A stretch of DNA of 63,606 nucleotides, filler included, from Octopus bimaculoides (taxonomy: Eukaryota): the NCBI RefSeq assembly GCF_001194135.2. It is 3 parts of 3 records of this genome, joined end to end, with 100 filler letters (N's around TTAATTAATTAA, not from the genome) between each part and the next. Parts side by side here need not be neighbours in the genome. Positions count along the whole stretch, not along the records: positions 29,365 to 59,936 come from NC_069004.1; positions 60,037 to 63,606 come from NC_068987.1; 1 more part is not named here. The stretch is one strand, 5' to 3'. A model generated the notes under the pieces. That model was not told the DNA's origin, made no database searches, and worked only from the letters and a program-made list of their open reading frames with translations. Shown here piece after piece: positions 53,561-63,606 of this stretch; the stretch's first letter is position 1, and each line of letters starts with the position of its first letter. A program made the position numbers and the translations under genes.

Positions 53561-53879
53561 TGTTAGCACAAGCTGACTGATAGCTGAGGGTTTGGAATTC
53601 GCTTAGATACTTACATGTATGAGTGTGTGTGTGTGCGTGCATGTGTGTGTGCATGTGTGTGTATGAGTATGTGTGTATTTACTTACACGCAAATGTTCAT
53701 ACGCATGCATACATACATATATGCATACATACATACATACATTCATACATATATACACCCAATAGACATACACTCATATGCGCATACATACAAACTTACT
53801 TATAAACACACAGTATATTTTACTATCATGTCAACCTACCTGACTCCTTACCTGCTTATCACATATATACATACATACA

Positions 53880-53911
<32 letters not shown>

Positions 53912-54199
53912 CTCTTTTAGTTGTTTCAGTCATTTGACNNNNNNNNNNTGCCACGCAGTGGGACTGAACCCGGAACCATGTGGTTGGTAAGCAAGCTACT
54001 TACCACACAGCCACTCCTGCGCCTATATACAAAAAACCCCTATTGATGTTGTTGGAATTCCAACGTAGGAGATTTGGATCTAGGTTAGAAACCAGCTCTT
54101 TCTCTATTGGCAAGAAATCTTGAAATGAAAATGAATAACTAATGACATGCACACACACACACACACACACACATATGTATGTATGTATGTATTTGTGTA

Positions 54200-54235
<36 letters not shown>

Positions 54236-55519
54236 CATACACACACACGCAACACATACACACATAGACATATACTCAAAAATATGCNNNNNNNNNNNNN
54301 NNNNNNNNNNNNNNNNNNNNNNNNNNNNNNNNNNNNNNNNNNNNNNNNNNNNNNNNNNNNNNNNNNNNNNNNNNNNNNNNNNNNNNNNNNNNNNNNNNNN
54401 NNNNNNNNNNNNNNNNNNNNNNNNNNNNNNNNNNNNNNNNNNNNNNNNNNNNNNNNNNNNNNNNNNNNNNNNNNNNNNNNNNNNNNNNNNNNNNNNNNNN
54501 NNNNNNNNNNNNNNNNNNNNNNNNNNNNNNNNNNNNNNNNNNNNNNNNNNNNNNNNNNNNNNNNNNNNNNNNNNNNNNNNNNNNNNNNNNNNNNNNNNNN
54601 NNNNNNNNNNNNNNNNNNNNNNNNNNNNNNNNNNNNNNNNNNNNNNNNNNNNNNNNNNNNNNNNNNNNNNNNNNNNNNNNNNNNNNNNNNNNNNNNNNNN
54701 NNNNNNNNNNNNNNNNNNNNNNNNNNNNNNNNNNNNNNNNNNNNNNNNNNNNNNNNNNNNNNNNNNNNNNNNNNNNNNNNNNNNNNNNNNNNNNNNNNNN
54801 NNNNNNNNNNNNNNNNNNNNNNNNNNNNNNNNNNNNNNNNNNNNNNNNNNNNNNNNNNNNNNNNNNNNNNNNNNNNNNNNNNNNNNNNNNNNNNNNNNNN
54901 NNNNNNNNNNNNNNNNNNNNNNNNNNNNNNNNNNNNNNNNNNNNNNNNNNNNNNNNNNNNNNNNNNNNNNNNNNNNNNNNNNNNNNNNNNNNNNNNNNNN
55001 NNNNNNNNNNNNNNNNNNNNNNNNNNNNNNNNNNNNNNNNNNNNNNNNNNNNNNNNNNNNNNNNNNNNNNNNNNNNNNNNNNNNNNNNNNNNNNNNNNNN
55101 NNNNNNNNNNNNNNNNNNNNNNNNNNNNNNNNNNNNNNNCACCAGCACCACCACCAGCACCACCGCCGGCACCAGCACCAGCACCACCACCGCCGCCACC
55201 ACCTTCACTTCCTCCTCCCACACCATCATCGTTCTTTTAGATGCTTGCTTTCCCATGCTTGCATGCATTGGATGGGTTTTGCTGGCATGGTGTCCATTGC
55301 CATAATTGTTGACAATATTTTGTAATCTCCTTTGTGAGGTTTGCCCCACAGAGATCAGCATCTACCATATTTTCTTCCCATGTCTCCCTGGGTCTTTTTT
55401 TTTCTGAGGGTTCTTAAAAAAATAGGGAAAAAAACAAAGAATAAGAAAACAAAAGAAAAGGAAAGAAAGTTTTTTCCTCTCCAGTTCCCTAATCTCTTTT
55501 ACAGATTCCCTTTGATCAT

Positions 55520-55835
55520 TCATGACCATGTGATTGCACCTAGAAAGTTCCCCTCCTAGACACAAATTTGGGCAAGGCTGTTCACGGAAGACCAGCAGTC
55601 GCCTATGCATACCACTCTCTCCTCTTCATGCCCCCGGTGTTTTATCCAAGGGAAAGGCAGAGGCTGATACAGCCTTGCACCAATGATGTCGCAACTCATT
55701 TCTACAGATGAGTGAACAGGAGCAAAGTGAAATAAAGTGTCTTGCTCAAGAACACAATATACAGCCTGGTCTTGGAATTGAACTCACTTCTTCATAATTG
55801 TGAGCCCAATGCTCTAACGCCTGAGCCATGAACTA
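55520..55835 (-). mobile_element. SINE family B
   Basis: Reverse of head and core (gtgaaataaagtgtcttgctcaagaacaca...gctctaac). Confidence 0.75.
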
Positions 55836-57170
55836 TCGCTTTTAATCAGTGAAATTCAATGAAATTTGATTAAAAGGTGTAACAGACTAGATCATATGGT
55901 GTATATGAGTATCAGGTCTTTGAGAAGCAGTGTCTCTTTTCACTCAGATATTTCCAGAGATTCAGGGATATTTTTGTAGGATATTTGAAGGGGACAGCTT
56001 GCTCTAGCTCTTTTTTCAATCAATCAATCAAATTAGCCATTGCTTTTGCATTAATTAAGTCATTAATCAAATTAATTGTAATTCTCTTTTGCAACTGAAT
56101 AAAGACCAATCATGTATTTCTCTATAACTTTTGGTTTTATTGTCTTTGATTTCCAATTTCTCTCAAATCCAACCAAATCATTCCACCATTCCAAACATTT
56201 TACAGTCTCCTGGGATCCTTTTGCAATCTCTTGCAATTCAGACTGCCAGCCTTTTCCACAAATGACTTGCATATTTTAGATATTGTTCAATGTTGCATGG
56301 ATTTCTGATAGGAATAGCAAAATAATTTATTAGTCTCATTTTACTGTGGCTGAGGCCCCCCTGTAAGAAATATCACAAGTACTTCAAACTAAATGTCATA
56401 CTGTACCTAATGAATAACTCTTCTAAACATTGATTTTTTTTTGTGTTTCTTTAACATTTCCTATTTTTCTCTTTTTATTTTTTCAAAAATAAAATAAAGA
56501 AAATTTGTTTATAGAATAGAATATCATATTTCTGTTTAAACGATATGAAAGACTAAAATGTGTGAGTCAAATAGTGGTGCATCATATATGAGTGTCATGA
56601 TGATGATGATGATGATGATCATCATCATCATCATCATCATCGTCACCATTTAACACACATTTTCCATTCTGGCATGGGTTATATATATATATATATTCTT
56701 CCCATAAAGGTTATGGGAAGAATAAAAAATAAAGAAAAGATGAATTGCAGAAATTATTATTAGGTATGGGGTAGATACTATTAAAAAAAAAAAGCAAAAG
56801 AGTGTCTTTTCCAATGTCAACACCCATAAACTCGCTCCATAAACATGTTCACTAGTTTATGTTTGGAAAAGGAGATAGAAAATCGCTCTTCTGCACAGAG
56901 AGGACAAAAAGATTTCCCTTTGTCATAGGGGAATGATCTAGATAAAAGGTTCTGATATAAAGAAAAAAGTTTGTTAGAGTCTTTAAGGTGCTAGATTAGT
57001 TTACTAAGTCCTGTGGAATTACACTTATGATTGTATTTGAAGGTAGAAAAGTGGTCTGCCAGTCTGGATTTCAAATCCATAGGAGATAATCCAATATATA
57101 CAATGGATTTCTTTCATTTTCCATCTACCAAATCCATTCACAAGGCTTTGGTTGGTCTGAAGCTATAGCA

Positions 57171-57530
57171 CAGTAGTTTCCAACTTTTTCACTACCAAGG
57201 ACCCCTTTTATTTAAATGAGTTTTCCCACAGACCCCTTTTGATATACCTATCCTTATGTGTATATATATACATATATATATATATATTCCTTTCCATTTC
57301 TAACAGAACTGTCCGATGAACGGGAACGTGAAACTCCGAGTAACAGTCTTTTGTTATATTTCTGCTGCTTTTAAATAAAGCATATTACTCTACCTCTGGT
57401 ATTTGAGTACTCTTTTTTCCACCTTGTTGCACATTTTATNNNNNNNNNNATATATATATGTATATATGAAATTTTGAATTTAGTTCACAGACCTTTGCAG
57501 GCGCTGTAGACCTCAGGTTGGGAACCACTG
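57171..57530. mobile_element. hAT-type MITE
   Basis: TIRs CAGTAGTTTCCAACTT / AGGTTGGGAACCACTG; 8-bp flanks ctatagca / ttatagta (SINE consensus ctatagta). Confidence 0.8.
57308..57347 (+). ncRNA. Minimal hammerhead-like motif (family P2) with a CCGAUGA core
   Basis: ACTGT-CCGATGA-ACG(GGAA)CGT-GAAAC-TCCGA-GTA^ACAGT; perfect stem I, U4 replaced by C. Confidence 0.7.
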
Positions 57531-58049
57531 TTATAGTAGAAGACACTTGCCCAAGGTGCCATATAGTGGGACTGAACCCAGAACCAATGTGGTTGGGAAG
57601 CAAGCTTCTTACCACAGAACCATGCCTGCTGGATGTTTCTTTTTGGTGGTACCAGCACAAATGATGTTGCTTTATAACTAGCAAGACTAAAGACTAAGAA
57701 CACAATGTGTGCCTATCTCATCAACAAGTATGCAACTAATGAAAGAGCCACTATGTTGCTAAGCTGCTAGAAATAGCGGCTAAATCTTCATTAAATCTTA
57801 TCAAAAAGGATACATTAGATAATGTAGCCTAACATTAGCCTAAAAAGGCAAGGTGATGGAAGTATTATCGGTCTGCTTGAACAGGGCTGACCAGGGGTTA
57901 AATAACGACGCCGACGACAACAATAACAACGAGAATAGTAATGACAAGAACGATAGCAACTATAACAACAACAAAGACAATGACAATAGCAACAACTTAT
58001 ACCCAGGATTTATACAGTTTACACTACCCGGTGTATTTTGAAGTTTTTG

Positions 58050-58191
58050 TTAGAAGGCAGCGAATCATTAGCACGCCGGGCAAAATGCTTAGCGGCATTT
58101 CGTCCGCCATTACTTTCCGAGTTCATATTCCGCCGAGGTCGACTTTGCCTTTCATCCTTCGAACTCGATGAAATAAGTACCAGTTACTCAC
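58050..58191 (+). mobile_element. SINE family C, 3'-truncated
   Basis: ttagcacgccgggcaaaatgcttagcgg...gtcgactttgcctttcatcc. Confidence 0.75.
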
Positions 58192-58477
58192 CAGGGGTTT
58201 TCAAACTTTTTGACTTGCGGACCCCTTTATATTTCAGGCTTTACCTTATAAACGCTTATGAAATTTATACATAAATATTTGCTTAAAATAACATATATTT
58301 TTACATTTATTTATTTAACAGTATTTAACAAAATAGGTTTATTGTCAATTAAAAGATTTCGATTAAAAAACATATATAAAATCAAATTGCCCATAAAAAG
58401 TATTTGCTGTCCACGGAGCCCCTGTCTTGTCCTTGCGGACCCCCTGTGGTCCGCGGATCACAGTTTGAAAACCCCTG
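58192..58477. mobile_element. hAT-type MITE with perfect 16-bp TIRs
   Basis: CAGGGGTTTTCAAACT / AGTTTGAAAACCCCTG; right flank gactagac fits the hAT target consensus, left flank does not match it. Confidence 0.85.
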
Positions 58478-61007
58478 GACTAGACCACTCTTCTCCAAAA
58501 TTTCAAGCCTTGTGCATATAGTAGAAAGGATTATAAAGCTTCTGCACACAATCTCTGTTACCAGACCACAACTATATACCCTCTTAGCAAGTATACTCCC
58601 TTAACTACATACCTGTTTAATCGATGTGTCACTAGATATGCAAGAAGATATAACCTATATCTCCCTCAAATTATATGCAGCTGAAGCTCAGTAACAAGTT
58701 ACAAGCATTTACGCGCTGATTTCAAATCCCGCTAAGATCACTTTTACTTTTTTCTCTTTTCAAAATCGATAAAATACATGCCAAGTACCAAACTATAAAA
58801 TAAAATATCAGTCAAGTACTGGATCGATTAATATTCTTGTAATGCAGAGATTTTTTTTTCTTTTTACCTACTTTACTCGGGTGGGCCCTCTTAGTCATTA
58901 GGTGTTTAAAAAATCTTATTATATTTTTATAATTAAAGATTATTAGGAATTGTGTAAAAAAAAAAAAATTGTTAAAAAATATTTTGTATACTGTAGAAGT
59001 ATAACTAAGTTACAGCAGATAAATTTTAATAGCAAAATCTTGTATGGACCCCAGTTGAGAACCACCGTTGTAATGTGTTCTAGATGTGGATGGCATTCTA
59101 AGAGAAGACTAAGACGAGACCCAACTGTCTGAATAAAAATATGACAAATTTGATACTGTAGTCCTGGATATCCTTCGTCGGCGAATATGACGAATGTTCA
59201 CAACGAAAACACTTTTCATTATAGGTCTGTTCAAATAGGGTCTTAGAGCATGTCGAGTTGTATCGATGTTTATCTAGCTACTCATCATCTGGCCGTGTCT
59301 AAGTAGGCAGTCAACATGAACAAACCATGCATGGCGAGTTACAAGACTACATCTCTCCAGTGAACCTCGATGTTTCAGTTAATCATCTATGCAACACGTA
59401 GAATCTATTTGCCCAATGAGAAGATGAATTGAAGTGGAAAGAAGAAAATGACTAACGTGAGAAAAGATAGAAGTTTGGTGTGAATCAAGGAAAGAAAAGT
59501 AAGACATCACAGAATTTTAGATGGACTAGGAAATTAATCTTAAACATTGTAGATGAAAGAATGAAAGTGTGTGTGTGTGTGTGAGAGAGGGGGGGGAGAG
59601 AAAGAGAGAAATGGAAATATATAGATATAAGGATAAAAGAGAAAAATGAGAACTATGTAGGGGAGAGAGAGAGAGAGAGAGAGAGAGAATAAGAAAGAAG
59701 AAAAAGAAAGAAAGAGCATAGAAGAAAAGTGAGATAATGATAGAATGGATAAAATGAGAGCAAGAGCTTGTAATTGCAACCTGTTCGAGTCACTTAACAA
59801 GGGACATAGGGATACAAACGGTGGAGATGGAGTATATGTAATCTGGGTATACCCCAACTTTTAAATTTTGTTTTTTTTTTACGGAATCCTATGTTTCAGA
59901 CCATGGAGAATCCGATTCTGGAAAAAAATTTTCAAANNNNNNNNNNNNNNNNNNNNNNNNNNNNNNNNNNNNNNNNNNNNTTAATTAATTAANNNNNNNN
60001 NNNNNNNNNNNNNNNNNNNNNNNNNNNNNNNNNNNNTATATGTATATATATATACACACATATATGTATGTATGTACTTATTTATAAATATATATAAAGG
60101 TATATAATCATATATCGATAACTTCAAATATGTGTATAAGCATACACACATATATAAATATACATATATACAATTTCATATATATGAATAAGCATATGTA
60201 TATAGTTTCATAAATATGCTATGATACATATATATAGATACATACAAATTTATGAACTAATATTGAAACGCTAGCATACACACACATACACTCAGGCTAA
60301 CATACACTATTCAGCACACACACATTTATACATGCACATACACACACCTTCCACAGTGCAGCAGAGTTGAAATGATTCAATATTTACCTGGATTATTTAT
60401 GATGGCTTTCTTTATATCTGACACTTAACATTACTGGCACTAGAGGTATGTTATACTAGTTTCTAAGATGATATTGCTAAAGCTGATTTGGGGGTTTGAG
60501 AATCTGAACGATTCAAAATATCCAAAAACAACTTCCTAAGGCTTTGTATAATTACAGGTGGATTTAGTAACATTGAAAAAAGCCAGTGTACGTGAAGTTG
60601 TATGATTAGATAGATTTTCTACAGTTCTTTCCTATAGTATAGATTCTTAGAAGATTCCATTGTTAAACATCTTAGAAAAGATATGCAAGTAACAATATGA
60701 AAAATAATGAGTTAAGTTGATGTGGCATAAAGATAAGTAATATTGAATGTTTGGAGCAGAGCCTTTCATTGGAGAATTTATAGTCACAAAATGATTAGCC
60801 ATCATTGCAGATTTATTTCTCTATAATGGGTAATGAGACTTTTGTGTCTGTGTATGTTGTGTGTATATATCATACATGTACATATATGTATATATATATA
60901 TATATAAGAGACAAGGTGTACGTATGCCGCTATACATATATATAAACAATACAGTGTCCCTTTCTTGTATCACCTAACTTTGCGTTCTTGTCCCATTCCG
61001 TATTATT

Positions 61008-61043
<36 letters not shown>

Positions 61044-61429
61044 TCGGCAAATAAAGTGAGTTCACGGCTGTATCCTACACCAGTTTTTCATAACCAGCCC
61101 CAGCCCATTCAAAAGTACCTTGGATCATAGGGCAACCTGCTGTGCTTGAGGAGACCTATTGAGTCAAGTACATCAACATCAGAATGAAAATCAAATGGTA
61201 ATTGTAGTTGTGATACCTGTGCCGGTGGCACGTAAAAAGCACTAACCGAACGTGGCTATTGCCAGCCTCCTCTGGCCCCTGTGCTGGTGGCACGTAAAAA
61301 GCACCCACCCCAAAAGGATGAAAAGCAAAGTCGACCTTGGCGGAATTTGAACTGAGAACGTAACGGCAGACAAAATACCGCTAAGCATTTCGCCCAGTGT
61401 GCTAACGTTTCTACCAGCTCGCCATAACA

Positions 61430-61624
61430 ACATTTTCTGCCATGGTCAATGCGATGGTCACACGCTACATGCCTTCCTTCCAAGTACTGCTGTAAACAGT
61501 GGAAGTGAGGTAGAATGTTAAAACTTAGTGCACATGCACTAAGGCGTTCAAGGTCTATTTTGCCAAGCATCACAGACAGCTCATTACTATGACATCAGTT
61601 CGGATACTTATTGATCAGATCCCA
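61430..61624 (-). mobile_element. Mariner 5' end with TIR (family of 3577-4465)
   Basis: agttcggatacttattgatcagatccca TIR and matching leader. Confidence 0.8.
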
Positions 61625-62034
61625 TATATATAAATATGTATATAAATATCTATACCTATGTATATCTTTATGTATGTGTGTGTGTGCGTATGCGTGCATG
61701 TATGTTATGATATAAACATTGTTCATCTTGTTTACATCACCTGTCCCTAATAATTTGACCTCATTTAAATCCAAAATATCAATAATCTCCAGTCACTTTT
61801 CTTCCACTGTGAAACCAAATCGAGGAAAGCAGCCTGGCTACTTTTATTCTTGAGACTATATGGAAAACAATATGACACGAAGAGAAAAATACTAACTCAT
61901 AAGCTGAAACTGAAATAATTTCTCAAAACATTCTAACATTCTAATATGCTTCTAAATATAAATGTATACTTATGCTAACATGCTGTCTTTTAAAGACTTT
62001 ATTGACAACAACATGTGCATTTTATGCATATCAA

Positions 62035-62065
<31 letters not shown>

Positions 62066-62071
62066 TGTATA

Positions 62072-63319
62072 TTAGGTCGTCAAGTATGAAATTTGTAGAA
62101 AAGAAAAAAAAAAACATAAATACAAGGAATAGTTTTATTCATCAAAGTATGCACCCATAATGTTAATACTCTTTTACCATTTCAGCAGTAGCTTGTTCAG
62201 CCTGGAACTGTAAAGGCCTGACAATCTAGAGTCAATAAAATCTTGGAAAGCCTGTTTTACAGCATCGTCGGAATTAAATTTTTTTTCAATCAAAAAGTTC
62301 TCCAAATTCTGAAAGAAGAGACAGTGGGAACAAGATCAGGTGAGTATGGTGGATGATGGAAAAATTCCAACTCCAACTCCTGTAATTTTGCCAATGTCAT
62401 TTTTGCAATATGTAGTCTGGCATTGTCTTACAATAAAATAGGAGTGGATCTGTTGACTAATCTAGGCTGTTCTTTTTTTGTAAGTTTCTGCATCATTTGG
62501 TCCAGTTGGCTGCACTATACTTCGGCTGCGATTGATGAGCCAGGTTTAATGAAATCATAATGGATTACACCTGTCCCAGACCACCAAACACACATCATCA
62601 GTTTCTTTTGATGAATTTTGCTTTTTGGACTGTGTTTTGTCCAACCATTATGCTGAACATTTATGGTTGTTGTATTGGATCCATTTCTCATCACATGTTA
62701 CAATTCGATTAAAAAATTATGCATTTTTGTGACAAGAAAGTAGCATAATGCTGGCTTCCAAACGTTGTTGTTTCTGATTTTCATTGAGTTCATGTGAAAC
62801 CCACTTATTCATCTTTTTCATTTTACTGATTTGAACTAGGTGAGTCAATATTGTTTGCTTGCTAACACCAAACAACAACGATAGTTCACGGGCACTTTGA
62901 AATGGATTTGACTTGATGGTGGCTTTCAGTTCGTCATTATCCACTCTGGCCAACTGCATTGCTCATTTGTGAGGTCAAAGTTACCAGAAGAAAATTTTAT
63001 AAACCAATTTGATATTGTCTGCTGTGTAATAACATTAGAATGAAATACTTCATTAATATTCTGAGCTGTCTGTGATGCTGTATTTCCAAGAAAGGACTCA
63101 TATTTCAAAGCTGTATGAATTTCTGACTTATCCATCTCTAAACAAAAATAGTAGAAAACGATTTATAAATACTTTATAAAGTGCAAAATGAGTTAGAATA
63201 AAGATATGTCAGTTTTGTAACAAAAAATCAAGATTTTCAAAATATAATAATGCCACAAAATGAGCAGCTGTCAAAGTTTATCATATACCTTACTGCAAAT
63301 TTCATGCTTGATGAACTAA
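62072..63319 (-). mobile_element. Full-length decayed mariner (1248 bp)
   Basis: TIRs TTAGGTCGTCAAGTATGAAATTTGTAG vs TTAGTTCATCAAGCATGAAATTTGCAG with TA flanks; peptides MDKSEIH..., ISNWFIKFSSGNFDL and KWVSHEL. Confidence 0.92.
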
Positions 63320-63369
63320 TATATGTATGTATATGTGTATATATATGTGCATATATATATATATATATA

Positions 63370-63606
63370 TATCATCATCATCATCATCATCATCATCGTT
63401 TAACGTCCGCTTTCCATGCTAGCATGGGTTGGACAATTTGACTGAGGACTGGTGAAACCGGATGGCAACACCAGGCTCCAGTCTAATTTGGCAGAGTTTC
63501 TACAGCTGGATGCCCTTCCTAACGCCAACCACCCAGAGAGTGTAGTGGGTGCTTTTACGTGTCACGCGCACAAAAACGGCCACGCTCGAAATGGTGTCTT
63601 TTATGT
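63370..63606 (-). mobile_element. RTE 3' UTR and tail, young copy, runs off the window
   Basis: Near-exact reverse complement of 44557-44790. Confidence 0.9.

Larger units (their letters stand above)
57100..57625 (-). mobile_element. SINE family A head split by a hAT MITE
   Basis: SINE sequence resumes after 57530 with a duplicated target. Confidence 0.8.

Overview
Eukaryotic, AT-rich, microsatellite-saturated, gappy DNA. It is almost certainly Octopus, judged from the octopus-type protocadherin and the SINE, RTE and Tc1/mariner content. There is one host coding exon: a 2.47-kb minus-strand exon encoding signal peptide, six cadherin repeats, TM and the start of the cytoplasmic tail of a protocadherin, bounded by a clear acceptor (7607) and a phase-0 donor (5139). 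The rest is a layered transposon landscape: tRNA-derived SINE families, RTE and CR1 LINE pieces, mariner, Tc1 and maT elements, hAT MITEs, a Gypsy pol relic, a Penelope-like element and a probable solo LTR. The unexpected signal is seven hammerhead ribozyme motifs in four unrelated sequence families. They are (i) a tandem ~333-bp repeat with one type I hammerhead per unit at 45.5-46.3 kb, i.e. a non-LTR retrozyme predicted to release a circularisable 333-nt RNA; (ii) a hammerhead with a 100-nt structured stem II at 19.4 kb; and (iii, iv) two families of minimal hammerheads with core variants, each present twice inside (TA)n tracts. All folds were read by eye, no activity is demonstrated, and TE boundaries are approximate unless TIRs or TSDs are quoted.
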